A stretch of 64,000 nucleotides of DNA, from positions 6,746-70,745 of the forward strand of contig CALVTH010000003.1 of the NCBI GenBank assembly GCA_944360115.1, in the 5' to 3' direction. The translations under genes were made by a program, and so were the position numbers. Shown in pieces: positions 56,341 through 64,000 of this stretch. The first letter of the stretch is position 1. The number at the start of each line of letters is the position of its first letter. The DNA comes from an uncultured Clostridia bacterium (GTDB taxonomy: Bacteria > Bacillota > Clostridia > Christensenellales > CAG-917). Below the pieces are notes generated by a model that had not been told where the DNA came from, made no database searches, and saw only the letters and a list, made by a program, of their open reading frames with translations.

Positions 56341-57308
56341 AAGACATACTCTTCGAGAAGGCACTCAAGGAGAGCAAGGCTTACAAACTGGTGCTCGGCG
56401 ATTTGCGCGCGGGGCTGGGTCACGCCTACACCGTGGTGTCCTCCGACGACGAAATCGTCCTCGAATTTTTCTCGCTGGTCGCCGCCACTCTGTTCTGCGA
56501 CGAAAAGAGCGCGTGTCTGGAGTGCGCCGGGTGCCGCCGCGTCCTTGACGGCAACAATCCCGATGTCTCTGAGGTATTCCCCGAAAACGGAGTCATACGC
56601 GTGGCGCAAATCAAGGCGATGACGGCGAACGCGTATGTCAGCCCCGTCGGCGAACGCAAGGTGTTTTTCGTGCACCGCGCCGACCTTATGACCGCCGAGG
56701 CGCAGAACAAACTGCTCAAGACTCTCGAGGAGCCGCCCGAGAATGTCACTTTCTTTCTCGGCACGGCAAACGAATACAGACTGCTCGACACCGTGCGCTC
56801 GCGTTGCCGCGCCGTGTATATGGACATCTTCGACAGGCAGACGGTGTACGACGGATTGCTCGACGCGGGAATAGACGGCGAGACTGCCGCCGCCGCGGCG
56901 GCTTATTGCGAGGGACAGCCCGGGCGCGCCAAGGAATTCGCCGATTCGCCCAAACTTGCCGCAAGTTACGCCGAAGCGCTCAACCTGCTCTCCGAGATGA
57001 AACGCAGCACGGACATCCTCAGGTGCTCCGCCACGCCCTCTCTGTCAAACCCCAAGGATTTTCTGCCCGTGCTTGCCGCGGTGGTGCGCGATGTCATCGC
57101 CGTCAAAAGCGGACAGGCGCCGCCGCTCTCCCCTGAGACGGCGGAAAAGACGGAAGCCGTCGCGCGCGATTTTTCAATGCGTGCGCTCGCGCTGACCGAA
57201 CAACTCATCAGCAAAGCTCTCGAAGAACTGTTTTTCCGCGTGGACGCGCAGTCCGTGACGGACAATCTGCTCTTCTCCATACTGGAGGTCAAACATAAAT
57301 GCCGGTAA
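56337..57308 (+). CDS. holB: DNA polymerase III subunit delta'
   Basis: 323-aa ORF. The GTG start overlaps the tmk stop. A CxxCxxC zinc module and LLKTLEEPP motif. Confidence 0.85.
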   Translation: MKDILFEKALKESKAYKLVLGDLRAGLGHAYTVVSSDDEIVLEFFSLVAATLFCDEKSACLECAGCRRVLDGNNPDVSEVFPENGVIRVAQIKAMTANAYVSPVGERKVFFVHRADLMTAEAQNKLLKTLEEPPENVTFFLGTANEYRLLDTVRSRCRAVYMDIFDRQTVYDGLLDAGIDGETAAAAAAYCEGQPGRAKEFADSPKLAASYAEALNLLSEMKRSTDILRCSATPSLSNPKDFLPVLAAVVRDVIAVKSGQAPPLSPETAEKTEAVARDFSMRALALTEQLISKALEELFFRVDAQSVTDNLLFSILEVKHKCR

Positions 57309-58156
57309 TAGTTGGTATCAAATTCCGCGGCGGCTCGGGTAAAATCTACTACTTCGACCCCGCAGGCATAGAGTTCAGGGAAAACGACCACGCAATCGTT
57401 GAGACGGGGCGGGGGCTGGAATTCGCCACCGTCGTGCTCTCCAACCGCGAAGTGCCCGAAAAGGACATCGTGCAACCCTTGAAACCCGTGTTGCGCAAGG
57501 CTACCGCCGAGGACGAGGCGCAGGAGGAGAAAAATCTCGCCGACCGCGCCGACGCGCTCTCCGTCATACGCCGCAAAGCCGAGGATATGGGGCTGGATAT
57601 GAAGGTGGTGGACGCCGAATACACCTTCGACAGAAGCAAACTCATATTCTATTTCACCGCCGCGGGTAGAGTGGATTTCCGCGAACTGGTGCGCGCGCTT
57701 GCCGCCGTGTTCAGGGTGCGCATTGAACTCAGACAGATTTACGAACGCGACGACGCCAAAATGCGCGGCGCGCTTGCACCCTGCGGTCGTCCGTGCTGCT
57801 GCTCCACTCACCTGCCCGACTTCGAGAAAGTGTCCATAAAAATGGCTAAAATCCAGGGGCTTTCCCTCAACCCGCAAAAAATCAGCGGCGTTTGCGGCAG
57901 GCTGATGTGCTGTCTCAAGTACGAGAACGAATATTACAGCGAAGCCTTCAAGCAAATGCCCAAAGTGGGCAGCAAAGTGCGCACCAAGGACGGCGACGGC
58001 ACGGTGGAAAGCAACGACCTGCTGCGCAAGACCACGAGAGTGCGCATTATGGCAAAGGACGGCAGTTTCGAGGTCAAGACCTACGCCCTCGAGGAACTGA
58101 AGATAGGTCAACGCCAGTCCGCCGCGGAACTGGACGACGAGGACGACGGAGAATAA
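57299..58156 (+). CDS. ricT: PSP1-domain protein RicT (YaaT, stage 0 sporulation)
   Basis: 285-aa ORF with the motifs CGRPCCC and CGRLMCCLKYE. Confidence 0.9.
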   Translation: MPVIVGIKFRGGSGKIYYFDPAGIEFRENDHAIVETGRGLEFATVVLSNREVPEKDIVQPLKPVLRKATAEDEAQEEKNLADRADALSVIRRKAEDMGLDMKVVDAEYTFDRSKLIFYFTAAGRVDFRELVRALAAVFRVRIELRQIYERDDAKMRGALAPCGRPCCCSTHLPDFEKVSIKMAKIQGLSLNPQKISGVCGRLMCCLKYENEYYSEAFKQMPKVGSKVRTKDGDGTVESNDLLRKTTRVRIMAKDGSFEVKTYALEELKIGQRQSAAELDDEDDGE

Positions 58157-58452
58157 TTCCGTCCGCGTTTAGAGACCTATTTTGCGCGCCGCACCGCGGC
58201 GCGCTTTCATTTCCCGCCGACACGCAACGCCGAGCGCACTCCGCCCCGCGCCGCACGCCTGCGCCCGTCGCTCATCCCCGACGCCTGCCCGTTTCCCGCC
58301 CGCTCTTCCGTTCGCGCTCTTCCCGCCCCCTGTTTGCGCCCGCTCTTCCCTCGCCGTTCGACATCCGTTTCAGCCCCGCCCGCCGTCTGCCGAAGCCCGT
58401 TCCGCGCACGCGGTTCGGGTAGTCGAACTTTTAGTTTCGGGGGCTTTTCCTC

Positions 58453-58481
58453 TTGCGCGCCCCCGTCGCCCGTGTTACAAT
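58453..58481 (+). promoter_or_regulatory. Promoter of the ferredoxin gene
   Basis: TTGCGC, 17 nt spacer, TACAAT, with a TGT extended -10. Confidence 0.45.
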
Positions 58482-58524
58482 TCAATCGCCCGATGAGGGA
58501 AATACAGTCGAAAGGAGAACCAAG

Positions 58525-58695
58525 ATGGCAAGAGTTATCAGTGACGAATGCATTTCCTGCGGCGCTTGCGCGGACACCTGCCCCGTCGGAGCCATTTCCG
58601 AAGGCGACGGCAAGTTTGTCGTGAATGCAGCCGAGTGCATCGATTGCGGCGCTTGCGAAGACGGATGCCCCGTCGGAGCCATTTCCGAAGAGTAA
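58525..58695 (+). CDS. 2x[4Fe-4S] clostridial-type ferredoxin (56 aa)
   Basis: The ATG at 58525 has AAGGAGA upstream. Two CxxCxxCxxxCP motifs. Confidence 0.9.
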   Translation: MARVISDECISCGACADTCPVGAISEGDGKFVVNAAECIDCGACEDGCPVGAISEE

Positions 58696-58720
58696 CAAAC
58701 ATCGACCGTAAATATGGCGG

Positions 58721-58745
58721 AAAGAGCGGACACCCGCTCTTTTTC
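58721..58745 (+). terminator. Intrinsic terminator
   Basis: AAAGAGCGG-ACAC-CCGCTCTTT followed by TTCC. Confidence 0.6.
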
Positions 58746-58768
58746 CGTTGTTGCGGACTTTTCCGCGG

Positions 58769-58991
58769 CAAACCGCCGTGCGGGCACATAAATTTCACGC
58801 CGTCCATGCTGCCTGCGGCGCTGCCGCTACGGGTGGCTGTCGCCTGTGTCGCAGTTGTTGCTGTTCTGACAAACCGCCGTGCAGGCACATAAATTTCACG
58901 CTGTCCATGCTGCCTGCGGCGCTGCCGCTACGGGTGGCTGTCGACTGTGTCGCAGTTGTTGCCGTTCCATGCTGCCTGCGGCGCTGCCGCT
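58769..58991. repeat. 101-bp tandem repeat, about 2.2 copies, non-coding
   Basis: Copy 1 is 58769-58869. Copy 2 is 58870-58966, with 4 mismatches over 97 nt. A 25-nt fragment of the unit recurs at 58967-58991. Confidence 0.85.
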
Positions 58992-59051
58992 GCCGCCCTT
59001 TTGTAACAAATCCCTTTATATTTTCCGCGTTTTGTAATATAATTCCGAGGT

Positions 59052-59933
59052 ATGAAGCAAAAATTCCTCACCGCACTCAAGGAAAGCCTGAAAATGTTCG
59101 CCGTATTCTTCAAGATAGGGCTGTTTTCCTTTGGCGGCGGGTACGCCATGCTTTCCATGATAGAGCACGAAGTGGTGGACAAGCACAAGTGGCTCACGCA
59201 CGACGAACTGCTGGATGTTTTCGCCATTGCCGAAAGCACCCCGGGCGCGATTTCCATAAACATAGCCACATTCATAGGCACCAAACGGGCGGGAATCTTC
59301 GGCGGCATTTTCACCACCCTCGGCGTGGTGCTGCCCTCTTTCCTCGTCATCCTCGGGCTGTCCTACATCATCGACCTCGTGCGCGAAAACGAATGGGTGG
59401 GCTATCTCTTCCGCGGAATAAGGATAGGCGCGCTGGTGCTCATAGTACGCGGAGCGGTCAGCTTCGTCAAAAACACCAAACGCAAAATAATCGCCTATGT
59501 GCTCATGGCGGCGATGTTCTGTCTGGCGCTGTTCACGGAAATAAGCGTGGTCTACCTCATGCTCGGCGCAATCGGCATTTCGATAATCGAAGTGGCGGTC
59601 GCCCATTCCGTGCGATACAGACAATCCCTGACGCGGTGCGACAGACTGGCGGGCGAATATTCCCGCGGCGGCGAAAGCGCGCCCTGCCCCGCCGAACTGC
59701 TTGCCGTCAATATGCCTTCGCCCGACGAACAAACCGCAAACGACGGCGTTTCGCCCGATAATGCGCCCGACGCCGCCCCGACGGCGACCGCGGAAGACGA
59801 CGGCAACCGTGCAGTCGGGATAGGCGACGATACGCATAACGGCAACCCTGCCGATACCGACAACGGCGACTGCGACGATGCGGACGGCGGCGGAAACGGA
59901 AACGACGGACATCCGAAGGAGGACGAAGCATGA
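59052..59933 (+). CDS. chrA: Chromate transporter (ChrA short form) with a disordered acidic C-terminal extension of about 105 aa
   Basis: The FKIGLFSFGGGYAM motif is typical of ChrA. The start is ambiguous: ATG 59052, or ATG 59094 which has a better-spaced AAGGAA. Confidence 0.8.
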   Translation: MKQKFLTALKESLKMFAVFFKIGLFSFGGGYAMLSMIEHEVVDKHKWLTHDELLDVFAIAESTPGAISINIATFIGTKRAGIFGGIFTTLGVVLPSFLVILGLSYIIDLVRENEWVGYLFRGIRIGALVLIVRGAVSFVKNTKRKIIAYVLMAAMFCLALFTEISVVYLMLGAIGISIIEVAVAHSVRYRQSLTRCDRLAGEYSRGGESAPCPAELLAVNMPSPDEQTANDGVSPDNAPDAAPTATAEDDGNRAVGIGDDTHNGNPADTDNGDCDDADGGGNGNDGHPKEDEA

Positions 59934-60511
59934 TTTACCTCGAACTCCTCTGGACATTCTTCAAGATAGGGCTGTTCACAATAGGCGGCGGGCACGCAAT
60001 GATACCGCTCATCATGAGCGAAGTCTCGGCGCACGGCTGGCTCGACCAGCAGGTGCTCATAGATTTCATAGGCATTGCCGAGAGCACCCCGGGGCCCTTT
60101 GCCGTCAACATCGCGACTTACACGGGCGTGGAGAATGCAGGCGTGCTGGGCGCGGTGTGCGCCACTCTGGGCGTGGTGCTGCCCTCGCTCATCATAATAA
60201 TAATCGTCGCGAAGTTCTTCTCGCGCTATATGAATGTGCCCGTGGTGCAGGAGGTCTTCGACAATGTCAGCGGCGCGGTGAGCGGACTGTTGCTGTCCGT
60301 CGTCATCACGGTGGGCATACTGGTGCTGTTCGGAATGGAAAGCATTTTCGACGGCGCGGGCTTCGAATTCGACCCCATAGGACTGGGCCTTTTCGCGGCG
60401 ATGACGGTGCTCGCCTTCGTGAAATTCAAGGGCAAGCGTATTCCGCCCATACTGCTCATCGTCATATCGGCGGTGGCGGGCGTACTGCTGTACGGCTTTA
60501 TCCCCGTCTGA
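59930..60511 (+). CDS. chrA: Chromate transporter (ChrA short form, second half-size paralogue)
   Basis: 193-aa ORF with FKIGLFTIGGGHAM. The ATG overlaps the preceding stop (ATGA). Confidence 0.85.
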   Translation: MIYLELLWTFFKIGLFTIGGGHAMIPLIMSEVSAHGWLDQQVLIDFIGIAESTPGPFAVNIATYTGVENAGVLGAVCATLGVVLPSLIIIIIVAKFFSRYMNVPVVQEVFDNVSGAVSGLLLSVVITVGILVLFGMESIFDGAGFEFDPIGLGLFAAMTVLAFVKFKGKRIPPILLIVISAVAGVLLYGFIPV

Positions 60512-60558
60512 CCCGTCGACGGGGGTTTATTTATTTTTGTCGTCGGACATTTCGACCG

Positions 60559-60588
60559 AAACGGCGCTTCAGGCGCCGTTTTTGTTTT
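60559..60588 (+). terminator. Intrinsic terminator
   Basis: AACGGCGC-TTCAG-GCGCCGTT followed by TTTGTTTTG. Confidence 0.75.
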
Positions 60589-60660
60589 GTCATCGTGCCG
60601 TTGCGACTTTTATGCCGTTTTTCACGCCCGCCGGACACGCGCTCGCGCGCTCCTGCGCGC

Positions 60661-60689
60661 TTGATATCGGAGCGGGCTTGTGGTATCAT
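60661..60689 (+). promoter_or_regulatory. Promoter of the large helicase gene
   Basis: TTGATA, 17 nt spacer, TATCAT, with a TGG extended -10. Confidence 0.5.
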
Positions 60690-60712
60690 CTTCGGGTAAG
60701 GAAGGAGTCACT

Positions 60713-63700
60713 ATGGCACAAGATACAGTCAGCGAAAAAAGTTTTGCCGAAATCACCGCAAGTTGCGCTAAGGTCGTCGGCTATTTCCATTTGCAGAATA
60801 ACATCACGCCCGTCAAAAGGCTGTATGTCAAGAATTCGTCCGACGAGGACAAGGAGAACATCAAAATAAAAATCTCGTCCTCGCCGGCTTTTCTGCTGCC
60901 CACGGAAATAACCGACATACGACTGCCCCGCCGCACCACCGCGAAGTTCGAGACCGAGGTGCAGCTCTCTCCCCTTTTCCTCGTCGGTCTGGACAAAACC
61001 GAAGAGGGCGAAATCTGTATGCAGGTCACCGACGGCAACGACTCCGTCGTCGCCGAGCAGAAATTCCCCGTGCAGCTCCTGCCCTTCAACGCCTGCAATT
61101 TCGTGGAGGACCCGGGCTGTCTCGCCGCTTTCGTCAGGCGCACCGCCGAACTCAACAAACTGCTCAATCTCGCGGGGCGCAAGGTGGAAAGCTGGGGATT
61201 GTCGTCCTGCACGGGCTACTCGGGCACGCGCAACAATGTACGCAATTTCTTCGCCGCCTGCTACAGCGTGCTTGCCGACCAGAAATTCACCGCGGCGGAA
61301 ATCCGCAAGGACGCCGATGTGGCGATAATCGCCGACCACCGCGAGACTCTCATATCCAAAATCGCCTCTCCCCTCGAACTTGCCCTTATGCTCGCCGCGC
61401 TCGTCGAAGCCAACGGGCAAAACGCAATCATAGCGATGATGAACGGCAAGTGGTACGCGGGGTGCTTCCTCATAAACGAATGTCTGCCCAATCTGATAGG
61501 CGACGACGCGGATATGCTCCGCAAGAAATCCGAGCGCGGAGTGAGCGACCTCAGCCTGGTTATGGTGGACGACCTTTTCGGCGGGATAGCCTTCGAAAAG
61601 GCGGAAAAGAGCGCGCAGGCGTCCATAAAGAAGGACGCGGAAGTGGACTTCATCGTCGATGTCAAGCGCGCGCGCATAATGCACATCTTCCCCCTGCCCG
61701 AGCGCGTGCGCAAGGAAGGGGGCTACGACCTCAGACAAAGCAAGGACTATTACACCGACCTCGCCCCCAAGCAACTCAAGGAATACGGCGGCGAAATCGG
61801 CGGCGAAAAGGAAATCAGTCGCGTCACGCAATGGGAGCGCAGGTTGCTGGATATGGATATGCGCAACTCGCTGCTCAACTTCAAGGTGTCGCAGACCGCC
61901 GTCAAACTGCTCGTGCCATCGCTGGAGGATTTCATCGAGAATGTCGGCGAAATCAAGTCGTTCACACTCGAGAACAAACCGCGTGAAAACGCCGAAAGTC
62001 TGGAGAAGATATCCGACGGTTTCGAGCGCACGGCGTTTCTGAAACCTTTCGCCGACTACATACTGTACGAATACAAGAACAAACGCCTGCGCACGGTGTA
62101 CGATATGCGCGAACACGAGAGCACCCTGCTCCGCCTCTTCCGCAAGGAGAAGTCCATACGCGAGGAGACGGGCACGCTCACGCTATATCTCGCCGCGGGC
62201 TTCCTCAAGTGGTCGGAAAAGGATATGACCGAGGACAAATTCGCCCCGCTCTTCCTCTATCCCGTCACCATAACCAAGAAAGGCGTGGCTTCGCCCGTGT
62301 ACACCATAGATGTCAACACCGACGACCTGCGCGTCAACAGCACTCTGCTGGAATTTCTGTATCAGGAGTTCGACCTGGATATGCGCGGACTTGCCACCGT
62401 CGCGCTGGACACGCCGCAGGCAGTGCTTTCCGTGCTCGCCCGCATAAAGCGCGAGACGGTGCGCTTCAAGGGCTGGGATGTCTACAACAATGTCTTCCTC
62501 GCCAGCTTGTCCTTTGCCAACTATCTGCTGTGGCACGATGTGCGCTACAAATCCGACCGTTTCCGCGAACATCCCATAATCCGTTCGCTCATCAACAACC
62601 GTCTCGAGCTGTCGGGCGACGCCTTCGACCTCTCCGACAGGAGCAGCGACGAAGCCTATATCGGCGACAACAAGATGTATCTGCCCATATCCGCCGACTC
62701 GTCGCAGTATTCGGCGATATACGACAGCCTGTCCAAGAGTTTCGTGTTGCACGGACCTCCCGGCACGGGCAAGTCGCAGACCATAACCAACATCATAGCC
62801 AACAACATCGTGCGCGGCCGCAGGGTGTTGTTTGTCGCCGAAAAAATGGCGGCGCTGTCCGTCGTGCACAGACGGTTGCAGAACATAGGACTCGGCGATT
62901 TCTGTCTGGAACTGCACTCCAACAAAGCCAACAAAACCGTCGTGCTCAGCCACATCATCAACACGCTGTCGCTTGCCGACACGACGACGGAACAGGACCT
63001 CGAGGAAAAGGCGCAGGAAATTGCCGTTCCCCTCGAAAAACTGGCGAAGGAACTCGCCGCCCTGCACCGCAAGCGCTATCTCGGCTTCTCGCTGTACGAG
63101 GCAATCCTCAACTATTTCGACAACGAGGACGCCCCCGACTGTCTCAACATAGACAGCATTTTCTATGAGAAACTGACCGAAAGTTCGTTCAACAACTACC
63201 TCGAAGTGCTGACCGAACTCTCCCTGCGTGCAAAAGAGTGCGGCGACATCGAGAAATCGCCTTTCCGTCACATCGGAATGTTCGACTACAACGACCGCTG
63301 GCGCAGGGACGGCGAATCCATTCTCGAGATATATCTCATCGAACTGAGGCACCTCAGGCAGTACGCGCGCAATCTGTTGCCGCTGTTCAATATGCGCACC
63401 GTCGCGCTCACCCGCACCAAAATCGACGCGCTGTACAGGATATGCAACCTCTTCAAGGAGGACTGCGTGCGCGAATACTTCTCGCACTGCAAAATCGTGC
63501 AGAACGCCAAGGGTATGCTCGATTCCTTCCGCGAAGCGTACAAGAAGTTCGGCATACTCTCGCAGGAATACGCCTCCCGCTACGGCGCATATCCCTACGA
63601 AGTGCCCCTCGAAGAGGTGGAAGAGGCAATGCGGACGGGCAATTACAGCCGCGCGGTGAAGCGCTGTCTGCCCGCCTCTCTCGACAAAAAGGACCGCGGA

Positions 63701-64000
63701 TTCTTCCTCGAATTCCTCGCCAAGTGCGAAGAGACGCGCCGCACGCTGTTCCGCCGCCGCGACGAACTGGCGGGGTTGTTCGCCCTCACATCCAACGACA
63801 CCGAAGCCGTCAACGCCCGCGTGCTGGTAATGGAAGAACTGTTCGGTTGCGCGGAAAAACTGTACGCCGACTTCGACATCAACCTCTTCAACGAAAGCTG
63901 CATCGACCTCACCCGTTACGGCACGCACCGTTATGTGGAATTCTTCATCGCCGCCTACGACAATCTCGCGCGCGCGGCGAAGGATTTCGTGACCATATTC
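60713..64000 (+). CDS. Very large Upf1-like SF1 helicase with a DUF4011-like region (5' part only; open at the window end)
   Basis: Hand-translated. ATG 60713 has AAGGAAGGAG upstream, followed by 1096 codons without a stop to the window edge. WERRLLDMDMRNSLLNFK (DUF4011-like) and LHGPPGTGKSQTITNII Walker A followed by VLFVAEKMAAL. The ORF is absent from the track because it has no stop codon. Confidence 0.8.
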   Translation, partial: MAQDTVSEKSFAEITASCAKVVGYFHLQNNITPVKRLYVKNSSDEDKENIKIKISSSPAFLLPTEITDIRLPRRTTAKFETEVQLSPLFLVGLDKTEEGEICMQVTDGNDSVVAEQKFPVQLLPFNACNFVEDPGCLAAFVRRTAELNKLLNLAGRKVESWGLSSCTGYSGTRNNVRNFFAACYSVLADQKFTAAEIRKDADVAIIADHRETLISKIASPLELALMLAALVEANGQNAIIAMMNGKWYAGCFLINECLPNLIGDDADMLRKKSERGVSDLSLVMVDDLFGGIAFEKAEKSAQASIKKDAEVDFIVDVKRARIMHIFPLPERVRKEGGYDLRQSKDYYTDLAPKQLKEYGGEIGGEKEISRVTQWERRLLDMDMRNSLLNFKVSQTAVKLLVPSLEDFIENVGEIKSFTLENKPRENAESLEKISDGFERTAFLKPFADYILYEYKNKRLRTVYDMREHESTLLRLFRKEKSIREETGTLTLYLAAGFLKWSEKDMTEDKFAPLFLYPVTITKKGVASPVYTIDVNTDDLRVNSTLLEFLYQEFDLDMRGLATVALDTPQAVLSVLARIKRETVRFKGWDVYNNVFLASLSFANYLLWHDVRYKSDRFREHPIIRSLINNRLELSGDAFDLSDRSSDEAYIGDNKMYLPISADSSQYSAIYDSLSKSFVLHGPPGTGKSQTITNIIANNIVRGRRVLFVAEKMAALSVVHRRLQNIGLGDFCLELHSNKANKTVVLSHIINTLSLADTTTEQDLEEKAQEIAVPLEKLAKELAALHRKRYLGFSLYEAILNYFDNEDAPDCLNIDSIFYEKLTESSFNNYLEVLTELSLRAKECGDIEKSPFRHIGMFDYNDRWRRDGESILEIYLIELRHLRQYARNLLPLFNMRTVALTRTKIDALYRICNLFKEDCVREYFSHCKIVQNAKGMLDSFREAYKKFGILSQEYASRYGAYPYEVPLEEVEEAMRTGNYSRAVKRCLPASLDKKDRGFFLEFLAKCEETRRTLFRRRDELAGLFALTSNDTEAVNARVLVMEELFGCAEKLYADFDINLFNESCIDLTRYGTHRYVEFFIAAYDNLARAAKDFVTIF

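Noticed and set aside
58538-59761. ORFs 58548..58892(+), 58748..59761(+) and 58538..58888(-) crossing the 101-bp tandem repeat.
   Set aside because: The 101-nt period shifts the frame between copies, the products are Cys/Arg/Ala-rich low complexity, and 58748..59761 runs out of frame through the well-supported chrA gene.

Overview
GC-rich chromosomal segment from a spore-forming Firmicute of the Clostridia type (sleB/ypeB/spoIIR/sigH/ricT present). It is densely packed with housekeeping and central-metabolism genes. I saw no rRNA, tRNA, CRISPR array, integrase or transposase. In order: (1) a sensory [FeFe]-hydrogenase (HydS-like), a PP2C phosphatase and a catalytic [FeFe]-hydrogenase; (2) an eight-gene shikimate/Phe/Tyr operon, preceded by a promoter, an unannotated 27-codon Phe/Tyr-rich leader ORF and a terminator/antiterminator pair; (3) rocD-bioY-tetR; (4) an SDR, an OmpR/HK two-component pair and an orphan Cys-rich protein; (5) PFOR (nifJ) and a divergent glutamate-5-kinase-like protein; (6) a minus-strand hexuronate cluster (uxaC-uxuA-uxuB-eda-kdgK) joined to a GH2 with a glucuronidase-type N-x-K motif, two Gfo/Idh/MocA oxidoreductases and a TIM-barrel isomerase/lyase-like protein, with a divergent AraC regulator; (7) sleB-ypeB and spoIIR; (8) mrnC-rlmB-sigH and rpsF-ssb-rpsR; (9) an AlkD-like protein, then lysS-greA-amaP-like; (10) two divergent paralogous split transketolases; (11) perR with a flavin-reductase/rubredoxin/reverse-rubrerythrin fusion; (12) tmk-holB-ricT, a ferredoxin and a chrA pair; (13) a very large DUF4011/Upf1-like helicase that runs off the window end and is missing from the ORF track. 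Non-coding oddities are a composite repeat cluster at 44.3-44.6 kb, a 101-bp tandem repeat at 58.8-59.0 kb, strongly strand-asymmetric polypyrimidine/polypurine intergenic tracts, and a 44-bp palindrome in the uxaC/araC divergent region. Many long ORFs in the track are antisense shadows typical of GC-rich DNA. All promoter, terminator and function calls come from reading the sequence and from recalled family motifs; no searches were run.
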